In this document: positions 28,291 to 41,785 of the stretch, piece by piece
How positions within the stretch are numbered: the first letter of the stretch is position 1
Layout of the letters: the number at the start of each line of letters is the position of its first letter
DNA from: Octopus sinensis
Lineage: Eukaryota
Direction of reading: 5' to 3'
Assembly (NCBI RefSeq): GCF_006345805.1
Contig: NC_043007.1
Location: 74,090,001-74,154,000, forward strand
Length of the DNA: 64,000 nt
The notes under the pieces: model-generated
Databases searched by the model: none
What the model saw: the letters and a program-made list of their open reading frames with translations, nothing else
What the model was told of the DNA's origin: nothing
Program-made: the position numbers and the translations under genes

Positions 28291-28449
28291 TAAGTACTGA
28301 GGTAGATTCATTCGACCAAAAATACTTGGAGGTGGTGCCCCAGCGTGGCTGCAGTCTAATGATGGAAACAGGTTAAAGAAAGGAGAAGAAAAACTTAATG
28401 TCTATTTCTCAAAAAGCTTCAAATGTAAATATTCGGTCATTGTTAACAT

Positions 28450-28597
28450 TTTCAGTATCTTTCTTGAAGAATGTTAGTCGAACGAATCAACCTCAGTACT
28501 ATTTTGAACAGCCTGGTATTTATATAAGTTACAGGGACGTAAACAAACCAACACTGGTTGTCAGGAGGTGATGGAACACACGCACACATACACACAA

Positions 28598-28641
<44 letters not shown>

Positions 28642-28794
28642 CGGGCTTCTTTCAGTTTCCGTCTGCCAAATCCACTTCGAAGGCTTTGACCGGTCCGAGG
28701 CTATAGTAGAAGACATTTGCCCAAGGTGCCACACAGTGGGACTGAACCCAGAACCATGTGGTTCGTAAGCAAGCTACTTACCACACAGCCACTC
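28450..28794 (-). mobile_element. SINE family C with internal (CA)n
   Basis: Matches the 17325 copy. Confidence 0.85.
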
Positions 28795-29427
28795 CTTTAT
28801 AATAAACTGGTCACCAGAGCATACCGTTATTTTTTGAAATTTCTAAGCATTTCACTGGAATGCGTGGTTCAGATTTCTTTCAAGCACTGTTCCTCTTTCT
28901 CGACCAATTTCTGAAAGATGTGTGCTTAATATTCTTTACAAACAATATTGTTAGCAGTAAGCACGTCATGTACATTCTGCCGATAGCTTCTTGGACCATT
29001 TCCCGTTGTCTCATTCTTTCCTTTCCGTGATTTAGACCTATTATTCGAAATATTGCCAAAAATCCCCATAAAGAATTCCTCGTGTCTGAGGATCCTTTTA
29101 ATTTTATTCATTAACTCGTGCGCCTTTATGACACGATTTGGTTTCAAACACAATAATTTGTTGACTGGGCCAATGTATCAGCAAACATTAGATATCAAGA
29201 TATTTTAGTTGCCTGGTAACTGAAACATCACCAGCACATTGGCAGTTTTTCATAACTTAAACTTTTGTAACATCAATTTTCAATACCAACGTCATCTCGT
29301 TGGCACAAGACACTTTTTCTTCCTTTTACAGGGAAGTTGTAAAATGATCAACACTGTTGTTCGTATGGACCTATCATATGGAAAGATGTTTAAATGTCTG
29401 AGTTGAAGCACACCACTTAATAGTGGC

Positions 29428-30240
29428 TTCAAATTTTGGCACAAGGACAAACAATTTCGAGAGAGGGGCAAAGTCAATTATATCGATCTCAGTGATTAAC
29501 TGTTACTTATTTTATCGATCCCGAAAGGATGTGAGGCAAAGTCGACTCTAGCGGAATTTGATCTCAGAACATAAAAGCTGACGAAATGCCGCTAAGCATA
29601 AGTTCGGCGTACTTACGATTCGACCAATTCGCCGTCTTAAATAAAAGCTTATTATATTCGTTTAAAATTTTGGCACAAGGCCAGTAACTTTGGAGGAGGG
29701 GGTAAGTCTGTTACATCGTCGCTAGTACGAAACTGATACATATTTTATCGACTCTAAAAGGATGATGTGTAAAGTCGACCCCGGCGGAATTTGAACTCAG
29801 AATGTAAAGACAGACGAAATGCCTATTTCTTTACTACCCACAAGGGGTTAAACACAGAGAGGACAAACAAGGATAGACAAACGGATTAAGTCGATTATAT
29901 CGACCACAGTGCGTAACCGGTACTTATTTAATCGACCCCGAAAGGATGAAAAGCAAAGTCGACCCCGGCGGAATTTGAACTCAGAACGTAGCCGCAGACG
30001 AACTACCTTATTTCTTTACTGCCCACAAGGGGCTACACACAGAGAGGACAAACAAGGACAGACAAACGGATTAAGTCGATTATATCGACCCCAGTGGGTA
30101 ACTGGTACTTAATTAATCGACCCCGAAAGGATGAAAGGTAAAGTCGACCTCGGCGGAATTTGAACTCAGAACGTAGCGGCAGACGAAATGCCACCAAGCA
30201 TTTCGCTCGGGGTGCTAACTATTCCGCCAGCGCGCCGCTT
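29428..30240 (-). mobile_element. Family A monomer (29428-29638) plus tandem trimer (29660-30240)
   Basis: Junctions at about 29816 and 30000; period 184-185 bp. Confidence 0.88.
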
Positions 30241-30684
30241 GGACACACCGCTTGGTATTAGTATGTGGGTTGTTCACTTAAAGTAAACCAAACATTCTTT
30301 GGAACAACACGACGGTTATCAACAAACAACGTCTCCAACTTCAGCGTGTGCAGAAGCAGAATGACCTACTTGTTTGGGAGACTATTTTTGTGTAAGAGAA
30401 TAATTTCCAAGTAATATTTGTGAACGATACACTCTGGGAAATTTCTTAGAAAAACTGATCATCCATTAAAAGAGTTCGTAACTAGCAAATCCAGATTATC
30501 TACAAGCATTGCATTTTACAGTGCGGTGAACAGACGTATGAGACGTGCTCAACAGGGACTATGGTGTTTTATTTGTGTCTTCACTAAACTGTAAAGATAT
30601 GATGTTTGGAGATTATTCGGATTTGGCAGTTTAGAACAACAACAACAACAACAAAAGTTTATCTGACTCCGAAGTATTAGTAAA

Positions 30685-30807
30685 TATGTATATGTGTGTG
30701 TACATGTATATGGTTATGTGTGTGTGCATGCGTGTGTGCGCATGTGTATGTGTATGTAGTATATATATATATATATATATATATAAATACATATACTTGT
30801 GCATATC

Positions 30808-30839
<32 letters not shown>

Positions 30840-31197
30840 TGTATGTATGTGTGTATGTATGTATGGATGTATGTACATATGTATGTATGAATGTATGTAT
30901 GTATGTATATAGGTATGTGTGCATGTATGTATGTATCGATGTATGTGTGTATGCGTGCACATATATATATATATATATATAAATACATATACGTATATAC
31001 TTATAAACTTACAAAAATGTATGTGCATATCGATATGTATATATGTAAGTAAGTATGTATGTATATAGGTATGTATGCATGTATGTATGTATGTATGTAT
31101 GTATGTATGTATGCATGTATGTATGTATGTATGTATGTATGCATGTATGTATATAGGTATGTATGCATGTATGTATTATCTATGTATGTGTGTATGC

Positions 31198-31275
<78 letters not shown>
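30685..31275. repeat. (TATG)n/(TA)n/(GA)n compound microsatellite
   Basis: Directly visible. Confidence 0.93.
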
Positions 31276-31277
<2 letters not shown>

Positions 31278-32100
31278 TAAATGAGTGAGAGAGTAAGGAA
31301 AAGAGCAAAATAAAAAAGAGCGATATATGTAAATACACTTGGGGATAGATATGCAGATAGATATTTCAATAAACTGATAGATAATATTTTGCTGCGAGAA
31401 TGCTGGCGTCTGGCGTTAATGAAAGCTATCGAGTATGTAGCTACAATAACGATACTTTGCTAACAGATGGACAGACTCAGCACGCATTATAATACAGATT
31501 ATATATATATATATATATATATATGTTTTATACACACAGCCAAATACATACAGTACACACATCAATTGATAGCTATGTACACTTGCGTATTTGTGTCCGT
31601 TTGTGAACGGAGAAGGGCGACAGCGATGCCATCGTTCCAAAATCTATGCAACATGCTTCTGTTCATAACCAATTAGATATACTTTCGTTTATGCGTTAAA
31701 TGGTTTGGTATACAATCAACGGATCACGTGGTTTCTTCTGACCTACTCTGTTTCTGTTGTTTTTTTTTTGTTTTTTGTTTTTTTTTTTTTGTTTAAAAAC
31801 CAGATCACTGAAATTTTGCATGAAGTTCCCTTACCTGTCGAACCAGTTTCAAAAGTGAATGTGGAGAAACGAGTATTTCTTTTGTATTCGCATGCATAGC
31901 ACGCGACGGGCACATGTATTTGCATATTGTGTACAATCACCACTGCGTTGCACATTGGGCAAGTTACCTCTTTTAATAGGACCGAGCCGACCAATAAGCT
32001 GTGAGGGAATTTGGTACAAGGGAAGTGAGTAGAAATCCATTGTACACACGCCGCACGCACACACACACACATACACACACATACATGCACACACACATAT

Positions 32101-32303
32101 CTCTTTACTGTCAAACAAGGACAGACAAACGGCTTAAGTCGATTATATCGACCCCAGTGCATAACTGGTACTTATTTAATCGACCCCGAAAGGATGAAAG
32201 GCAAAGTCAACCTCGGCGGAATTTGAACTCAGAACGTAACGGCAGAGGAAATACCGCTACGCATTTCAGCCCGGCGTGCTAACGTTTCTGCCAGCTCACC
32301 GCC

Positions 32304-32395
<92 letters not shown>

Positions 32396-33009
32396 TTTCA
32401 TTCTTTTCTTTTATTCTTTTACTTGTTTCAGTCATTTGACTGCGGCCATGCTGGAAGGTTTTAGTCGAATAAATCGACCCCAAGACCTGCTAGTTTTAAG
32501 CTTAATACTTATACCATAAGTCACTTATGCTGAACCGCTAATTGACGGCATGTAAACATAATACCTGTTGTCCAGACATGTTGTAGAGACAGACGCAAAC
32601 ACACACACACACACATACACATACACACAATACACACACACATATTTATAGGTGCAGGCGTGGTTCCGGGTTCAGTCTTACATTGTGGTACCTTGGGCGA
32701 GTGTATTCTACTATAACTTTGGGCTGACCAAAGCCTTATGAATGGGTTTGGTTCTCGGAAACGGAAAGAAGCTTCGCATGGAAATATATATACATACATA
32801 TGTGTATACGTACATACATATATGTGTGTGTGTGTGTGTGTGTGTGAGTGTGTGTATGTGTGTGTGTGAGTGTGTCTGTGTTTGTCTGTGCTTGTCCATC
32901 ACCAACGCTTGACAACTGATGTTGGTGTGTTTATGTCCCTGTAACATAGCGGATCGGCAAAAGCGACCGATAGAATAAGTGCTAAGCTTACAAAGAATAA
33001 GTCCTGGGG
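32101..33009. mobile_element. Cluster: family A (minus, 32101-32304), (CA)n, and two family C copies in opposite orientation
   Basis: Family motifs as above. Confidence 0.8.
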
Positions 33010-33073
33010 ACTTATAGATAGAGATAAACTTACATGGAAATGGATGCGAGGTGTTCAATCATATAATAATAAA

Positions 33074-33116
<43 letters not shown>

Positions 33117-33220
33117 TATATATATATATATATTATATATATATATGAATATACGTGTATGTATGTATTATGCGTTTGCAAGAAGTGACAACCCTCATTT
33201 TAAATTACTTTATGTCTAAA

Positions 33221-33509
33221 CTAGCAGTATCGCCCGGCGTTGCTCGGGTATGTAAGGGAAATAACTATATAAGCATTTTTAGAGAGTTACTTCCCTTATA
33301 TAATAGCAAAAAAATGCATTAAAAATGGAAAAAAATTATGGTAATCGTAGACTCATCGTAGACGCGCGCTAATACCCGGAAGGGCTCGATATGAATCACG
33401 ACTATAAGATACCCGCTTTTGGTTAAACTGCACCGCAAAATGCGTGAGTAGTTAGGAATCTAAATCGTAGGAGACAGACAACACACAACTTTTCTTTTAT
33501 ATATATAGA
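33221..33509 (-). mobile_element. Non-autonomous Helitron-like element
   Basis: Minus strand A|TCTATATA...cccgagcaacgccggg hairpin...CTAG|T; no TSD. Confidence 0.85.
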
Positions 33510-34191
33510 TATATATAGATATCCAAATTGTAAGTTTAAGCAGCAGAGAATTCAATGGAGTCCTATACGCGTTTTAAAATACTGATATATTATTATAAAA
33601 CTGTTTTTCTCATACCAATATCTATAGAGTTGAATGCACCTCATAGCTTAAAAACAAATATAATTTACCGATATTATTGTAGAGTATTCTGGTTAATGCT
33701 AGAAGAAACGTCTCACAAGTATCCCTCGAAGCAAAGATTCTGTTTGACAAAAGAGAACAGATTCCCCTTTTTGTCAATAAAAATTGTTCTTTGAAATCTC
33801 TATCAGGAATTATCTTGAAGAATGTTTAACCGAATGAATCGACTCCAATATTTATTTTTGTTTTAAGTCTGGAGTCTCTTTTGCCGAACAATTAAGTCAC
33901 AGAGAGGTAAACACACCGACACCGGTTGTCAAACAGCGGTGGGGGACAAACACAGACACAAAGATACACACACAGGGACACACGACACGTTTCTTTGAGT
34001 TTCCGGCTACAGAATCCACTCACAAAGCTTTGGTCAACCCGATGCTATAGTAGAAGACACTTGCCCAAGGTAACATGCAGTGAAACCGAGCCCGGAACCA
34101 TGTAGTTGGGAAACAAACTTCGTACCACACAGCCATACCTTGTAGTCAACAACTTTACAAGATTTCAGTTCTATATTTGAGAGAAGAGGAA

Positions 34192-34957
34192 CTATGTACA
34201 TTATTTACATTATTTACATTTGACGGATATATGTCCTCATCTTGTTTGTTGTTAACACAACGTTTCGGCTGATGTACTCCCCAGCCTTCATCAGGTGTCC
34301 TGGGGGAATTTCGAGCCTGTGTTAATCGAACTCAGAATCTTGGGGTTAGTATCTCGCGCTCTTAACCACCGCACCACATTATGGATGAACTTTAGGGCTT
34401 ATAAATCTAATATTTTCTTATCCTTCCTTAACACCGGTTCCCATATGTTGCTCATATCTGCACTAGATCTGCTTTGGAGGTTATTATGTCCTAGCATATG
34501 TGCTGCTTCTTTTAGTTTTCGTATGTTCCATTGGTGTTCTCTGTCTTTTATTTTAACTTCATCCCGCAGTGGGGAGGTGGTCTCCGTTTTTTCCCCTGTG
34601 GGATGAAGTTAAAGTAATAGACAGAGAACACCACTGGAAAATACGAAAACTAAAAGAGGCAGCACATTTGTTAGGACATAATAACCTCCTAAGCAATCCT
34701 AGTGCAAATATGAGTAGCATGTGGAAACCAGTATAAAGGAGGGATAGGAAAATATTAGATTTATAAGCCCTAAAATTCACTCCATAATTGCCCACGGCAT
34801 ATGGTGGTTAAAAGCGCGGGCTACTAACCCCTAGATTCCGAGTTCGATTCCAGGCAGTGACCTAATAAAGCTGGAGAGTACATCAGCCGAAACGTTCTGT
34901 TAACAACAAACTCGATGAGGACAAATATCCGTCAAAATATAAGTAATGTTTACATAG
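34192..34957. mobile_element. Inverted pair of Penelope-like 3' ends (GIY-YIG C-terminus, tRNA-like module, terminal repeat)
   Basis: Arms about 34192-34575 and 34592-34957; the + arm reads PLWDEVKVIDREHHWKIRKLKEAAHL, typical of the PLE GIY-YIG C-terminus. Confidence 0.82.
34254..34300 (-). ncRNA. Minimal type I hammerhead ribozyme (PLE-type)
   Basis: ggacac CTGATGA a ggctg gggagtacat cagcc GAAA c GTT gtgtt: intact core, stem II ggctg/cagcc, stem I gacac/gtgtt, palindromic minimal stem III. Confidence 0.65.
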
Positions 34958-34971
34958 GTAAGCTGTTAGCA

Positions 34972-35423
34972 GGGCGGCGAGTTGGCACAATCGTTAACAC
35001 GCCGGTATTTCGTCTGTTTGAAGGTGGCGAGCTGGTAGAAACGTTAGCACGTCGGGCGAAATGTTTAGCGGTATTTCGTCTGCGTTACGTTGTGAGTTCA
35101 AATTCCGCCGAGGTCGACTTTGCCTTTCATCCTTTCGGGGTCGATAAATTAAGTACCAGTTACGCACTGGGGTCGATGTAATCGACTTAATACCTATGTC
35201 TGTCCTTGTTTGTCCCCTCTGTGTTTAGCCCCTTGTGGGTAATAAAGAAATAGGTATTTCGTCTGTCTTTACGTTCTGAGTTCAAATTCCACCGAGGTCG
35301 ACTTTGTCTTTCATCCTTTCAGGGTCGATAAATTAAGTACCAGTTGCGTACTAGGATCGATCTAATCGACTGCCCCACTTCTACAAAAAAATGTCGAGCC
35401 TTGTGCCAAGAGTAGAAAAGAAT
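34972..35423 (+). mobile_element. Family A SINE inserted inside another family A SINE
   Basis: ggtatttcgtctgt duplicated at about 35004 and 35253 around a complete inner copy. Confidence 0.85.
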
Positions 35424-35637
35424 AAGTAAGCTGTTAGTCACATCATCATGTTATTTTCCTTATAGTCATTGGATTATGGCCATACTGTAGCACTCTATTT
35501 TAGGATATAATCGATTGAATCGATCTCAGTGGTTGTTTATATGGGTTCGAGATTTAAACTCGGAACGTGCACGTGCCAAATCTAATTGCGCGATATTTTT
35601 TCTGACGCTTAATGGATTCTTTCCGGACAACTGTGTT

Positions 35638-35743
<106 letters not shown>

Positions 35744-36769
35744 ATGTAGCGGTTAGAGTGCTGCACTCACGATCACGAGAACGTGATTTCAATTCCCAGG
35801 CTGGGTGGCACGTTGTTCTTAAAACAAAACAACACGTTCCTAACACACATACACACACGCGCGCGCGCGTGTGTGTAATGTGTGTATGTATATGTGTGCG
35901 TGTGTGTGTTTACACACATACACACATACGCACACACATCTGTATGAGTGTTTATAAGAGAGAGGGAGAGAGACAGAGAAAGAGAACATGTATGTGTTTT
36001 TGTTTTTTTGCGTAAGATCTCTGACCATTGGTCACTGGCCGAAACTATTGACCTCTCCAAATCTAATTTGTTAATGGACAATATAAAATTCCTAGTATTT
36101 TCTTTTTTTAAATTTTTTTTTATTTTCTTTGTCATGACCATCAAAAATTTCCAAAGCTAAACTGGTTCCAGTTCTTCTGGTTCTAAATTTGAAACGTGTC
36201 GATACATTTTCATAAGACTCTATGTGTTTCTCTCCAATATATCGATATTTTCACTTCTCTACTTCCATCTCTATAATTAAAATGTGTTCAAAATGGCTTC
36301 GTATGTAAATTTATTCCTTATCGTCATATTCTTTTTTAGACGTCTATATGTCGTTTCATCACGCAACTAATTTCTTGACATTAACCCTCAAACATTTTTG
36401 CACAGATCTTTCTGGAATCAAACGTATCTGCTACTTGTTAAGAACGAGGGTAAAATGTTTTTTGCAATGAAAGTTATTGATTCTTAGCTAGGGTCAGTTT
36501 TGATCGAGAAGTTGGTAGTTGGAATGCCATATCAATGGCCAATTAAGCTAAGACCAGTCTATAATATATTTTTCTAGAAAAAGTGTACCCGAAATACATT
36601 GACCAGCATATTGCCTTTAATCCTTTCAGGGTTGATAAATTAAGTACCAGTGGCTGGTATTTTTAGCATATTGGGATAATCACATAGATATTCCTGTGGG
36701 TTCGTTTTGTGATTCTGTGTATGGGTGTGTGTGTGTGTGTATGCGTGTGTGTGCGTGTGTTTGTGCGTA

Positions 36770-36803
<34 letters not shown>

Positions 36804-36804
36804 C

Positions 36805-36864
<60 letters not shown>

Positions 36865-37094
36865 CTAATATAATTAACGCGAAAACTAATTTCTGTGTGT
36901 CAGTGGGTCACACTTTAGGTATGTGAGAGGGTATGTGAGAGAAATAGGGAGATGATGTATAACTTTCCTGGACAGACATACTGAACTAATTACAGAACAC
37001 TATCATTTTTCTTTTATTTTTTGCTTTCTTTAATGCATACATACATACATGCATACATATATATGTCTGTGTTTGTGTGTGTACATATATATAT

Positions 37095-37182
<88 letters not shown>

Positions 37183-37778
37183 CTTTAATGAAATGCATTT
37201 TCCCCCAAATTAAACATATAATAAATGTGAATGTCAGTGTGTCATTGTGTCACACCTTTTCAACTTTACTCCTAGAGGTCGTTGCTCAACATATCATACC
37301 ATTTTGGAATCAGGCTGTCTCCGTGAGTAAATTAAAAACATTCCGGGTCGAATCCGGACCTGCAATCCTCTGAAAGTTTGGATTTCTATGTTTTCATTAC
37401 CGGGATTGTTTTCAGCGATCTTTTGTTTTTCACATGCTTTTTAGCGATGAATATGATCATCTTTGGGATATGACTCTTGAGGAAGCAATTGCAACAAATT
37501 CTCCAAAACAAGTCAGAGATCTGTTTGCAGATATTCCCATTCAGGGTCAGTTGCTTAAAAGCTATATACTAGCTTAAAAGCCGCCCCATCGTGTGTGTGT
37601 GTGTGTGGTGATCGATTCTCATGCGTACTAATTTTCACTTTTTTTCCCGTCGAGGGCTTATATGCTTCAATATTAGACTATTTTCTTTAGCTAATACACG
37701 ATGTTCGCTTATAAACTTTAAGCTTATAATCATTATCATTTACCGAATTTTCAACCGTCATCGCTTCTCTAGTTAACG

Positions 37779-37865
<87 letters not shown>

Positions 37866-37897
37866 ATGTGTGTGTGTGTGTGTGTGTGTGGGTGTGT

Positions 37898-38765
37898 GTG
37901 TGGTCCAGGGTTATCACAGTGGAACACGATTGCTTTACGATTTGCCAATTCTGGCCGTTTTTCTTTGATTGCTTCCTCCACTTTCGTTAGCTGTTGAAAG
38001 TAAACATCTGAATTGCTTGTTTGGTTCCTTGGAAGCAGCTCAAAATATACAGCACCTTTGTAATCCCACCAAATTGATGGCATGACCTTTTTTGATGTAA
38101 TTCAGCTTACGGTGTGGTTTATGCTGGTTCAATTCTCTTGGACCATGATCGTTTCGATTGATGTTATTGTAGACAATCCATTTTTCATCACTAGTGATGA
38201 TTCGTTTGAAAAGAAAAAGTCGATTTCATTGCGTTTGAGATGCGTGTCGCAAATATGAGATGCATATCACAATATTGATATTGTGTTAAGTGAATCTCTT
38301 TCAATTTATGTGGGACCCAAATGTCGAGCTTAACGAGTCCAAGACATTTTAAGTGATTTTGCAATTGTTGTGTGTCATACATTTAAGCTCTCTGCAGACA
38401 GATTCAATTATGGCTTTGGTTCGGTCTTCATCATCTTCAGTAGATCGACCAGAACGTTGGTCATCTTTGAGTGAAAAATCTCCAGAACGGAATTTTTAAA
38501 ACCATTTCTAACATGTGTTCTGTTAAACAATCAACACCATAAACTTCACATATCTCTTTGAGTGCCTCAGCAGTTCTCTTGCCTTTACAGAAATTAAAAA
38601 TGCAAGATATGGCGAAAATTACGCGCAATTTGCTTCTAAAGTAAGCTAAAAGTAACTGCTATCAAATGTCAAAAGGAAAAAAATTATAACATTGACAAAA
38701 ATCATTCAAAAAATCGTAACTATCTATTTGCGAAAAATGAAATTACTTTCTTGCCGACGCAAATA
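37898..38765 (-). pseudogene. Mariner transposase relic with 5' TIR, truncated after the second catalytic Asp region
   Basis: WVPHKL (cf. WVPHEL); SIWWDYKGAVYFELLP...IKEKRPEL...IVFHCDNPGPHT (cf. HHDNARPHT); TIR-like ta-tttgcgtcggcaagaaagtaatttc at 38765. Confidence 0.92.
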
Positions 38766-39014
38766 TGTTAAAATAGTATAATTTTAAATTCTTTTAAGGA
38801 AACTTATTGAACAGTTACTGATGGTAGAATGAAGGTAGAGTGAAGTTTATTGAGAAGAACAAGTTGATTGTGACTTGAAATTTCGCCTATCGGTTTCCTC
38901 AACAAGTGCAGCAATCTTTTCCTAATAGTGTGTAGGCTAGCAGGCCGAAACGTTGCAGTCACTATCAGCACTTTTGTAAAAGTATAATAAGCGTGTACTC
39001 GACAAAAAGTATTG

Positions 39015-39422
39015 AGGCGTGGCTGTGTGGTAAGATACTTGCTTCCCAACCACATGGTTCCGGGCTCAGCTCCACTGCGCGGCACCTTAGGCAAGTGTCT
39101 TCTACTATAGCCGCAGGTAGACCAAAGCATTGTGGATGGATTTGGTAGACGGAAACTGAAAGAAGCCCGTCGTATACATACATACATATACGTGTGTGAG
39201 TGTGTGTGTGTGTTTGTGCTTGCCCCTCCTCCCATTACCGCTTGAGAACAGATGTTAGTATGTTTGCGCCCATGTAACTTGACGGTTCGGCAAAAAAACA
39301 GTAAAATAAGCACTAGGCTTAAGAAATAAGTCCTAGGTTTTATTTGATTGACTAAACTAAAAGAAACCCTTGAAGGCGGCGCTCCAGCATGGCCGCAGTC
39401 AAATGACTGAAACAAAAGAATA
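39015..39422 (+). mobile_element. SINE family C
   Basis: Matches the 17325 copy. Confidence 0.85.
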
Positions 39423-39539
39423 AAAAATATAACTCAAATCGTTAGCACTGGGGTCGATGTAATCTATTTTCACCCCCGAAATTGCTGGCCTTGTGCTAAA
39501 ATTTGAAACAACTATAACTGACACAAAGACAAACATTAA

Positions 39540-40114
39540 TGTATATATGTATGCATGCATGTATGTATGTGTGAGTGTGTGTGTCTGAATGTATGTGTGT
39601 ATGTATGTATGTATGTATGTATGTATGTATGTATGTGTATGTGTGTATGTATGTATGTATGTATGTATGTATGTATGTATGTATGTATGTATGTATGTAT
39701 GCATGCATGTATGTATATATGTATGTATGTATGCATGTATGTATGTATGTATGTATGTGTATGTGTGTATGTATGTATGTATGTATGTATGTACGTATGT
39801 ATGTATGTATGTATGTATGTATGTATGTTTGTATGTATGTATGTATGCATGTGTGTATGTATGTATGTATGCATGCATGTATGTATATATATGTATGTAT
39901 GTATGCATGTATGTATGTATGTGTATGTGTGTATGTATGTATGTATGCATGCATGTATGTATATATGTATGTATGTATGCATGTATGTATGTATGTATGT
40001 ATGTATGTATGTATGTATGTATGTGTATGTGTGTGTGTATGTATGTATGTATGTATGTATGTTTGTATGTATGTATGTATGTATGTATGTATGTATGTAT
40101 GTATGTATGCATGC
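39540..40114. repeat. About 570-bp (TATG)n array
   Basis: Directly visible. Confidence 0.95.
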
Positions 40115-41296
40115 ATCTACTGTATGTATGGATTTAGCGAACTGCATGCATTTCATTTCATAACGCTATCGCAATCTGCAGCAGTTTTCAGTTTATATGT
40201 TCCTTTGAAATTGCCTACAAAATCACAGAAAACCCCATTGAAAAGGCGGAGAAAGTCGCAAAACAAAAGACATCAAATGAGTTCCATTGAAAAAGGATGC
40301 TGCATTGGTTTCAAAGTTATTGAACCTCGATTCCCATTGATATTTTCTCTGTATACAAACATGTGTAGCAGAAAGAAAGTAATGGGGTAATTACAAATTT
40401 CGGCGTATTTTGGGGAGAAATTTAGTATTAAATATGGAGAAATTCTCCTATTCTATTGTTGTTTTAGTAGTAAAGATAATGGGGAATGTAGAGAACTTTG
40501 AAAATATCTTGTTTTATGTGGTTTGGTATATTGATCTTTATCAGACATTTGTACAGGAAATGTGTGCGTGTAAAGAATATGAAATTGAAGCCAATAATAT
40601 AATTAGAAAGACTCTTCTCAGACAGATTATTTCCTCGGTTTTATAGAACTTTTATTTATATTGATGTATTCATATATATTTTTCTCGAGATCACATCTTT
40701 TGTATCAGAATCAGTCATAAAATACATGAGTTCGCATTCATCAAATATTGATAATATCTCCCCCAAAGAGAGCCATCAAAAGTCGCTTGCAGTGAAATTC
40801 GACAAATTTCTTCCAAGTAACTAAATGACTTCCAAATTTCTCAATGCCCTGGATGTACTTTACATGGGTTAATTAAGAAGCTTCATAAATTTAAATAAAA
40901 TTAAACATTTCCTCTGAAAATCACTTTTAACACCAGGAAACCACACTAATATCAGAACATAGATGGAGAGATGGACCGAATTGAACAGGAAACTGTATTC
41001 CAGGAAATTATGTGCTAAATGTAGCTTTTCATATTGAAAGTCTCTCCGTATTGCAAAAGCTAAACATTGCGGTCACTTTGGAAAACAAAGACAAAAATAT
41101 TAGCAGTTTTCCTGACCTAAAAGACCTAAAGGACCATGGGCTGTAGAAATTAAAAATTCATCTCCTTTTGAACTTGGTCGGGAAGGAGTTTACTCGAATA
41201 ACTTTGTAGACCATGGTTTATCCAATGAGACTTGATTTAAGATGCTAAATATGAACGAAGATCTTCCTTTTCTTTATCCACTCAGTTCCACACATT

Positions 41297-41531
41297 ACCT
41301 ATTTCTTTACTACCCACAAGGGGCTAAACACAGAGAGAACAAACAAGGTCAGACAAACGGATTAAGTTGATTACATCGATCCCAGTGCGCAACTGGTACT
41401 TATTTAATCGACTCCGAAAGGATGAAAGGCAAAGTCGACCTCGGCGGAATTTGAACTCAGAACGTAACGGCAGATGAAATACGGCTACGCACTTCGCCCA
41501 GCGTGCTAACGTTTCTGCCAGCTCGCCGCCT
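41297..41531 (-). mobile_element. SINE family A
   Basis: Full copy; degenerate about 21-bp TSD ending acattacct at both ends. Confidence 0.88.
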
Positions 41532-41549
41532 TAACTCGGTCCTAAACAT

Positions 41550-41785
41550 TACCTTCGGTCAACTAACACACATATTTGATTTGCAATGAGGCGCAAACTG
41601 CATTAGTCTTGTGGAACCCACTTCATGCTGATGTAAGAAGAGAAAAACGTCGTTACTCGTACATCAACAACTTGATTGCAGAAACTGGCTGGGAATGTAT
41701 CCAGGACCTCCAGGCAGTGATGTTGGACCGGAAGGTGTGGTGGGAGGACTTTGTTTCTGCACCCCAGTTTGGAATCCGGTCATAA
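41550..41785 (+). pseudogene. 3' fragment of an RTE-type LINE ORF
   Basis: LVLWNPLHA..RREKRRYSYINNLIAETG...LQAVMLDRKVW resembles the RTE C-terminus (LWEP..G.R.RGRP..TYIDQL..DTG..AM.DR..W). Confidence 0.65.

Noticed and set aside
29310-29420. Strong acceptor-like ctttttcttccttttacag
   Set aside because: No convincing donor or sustained reading frame follows.
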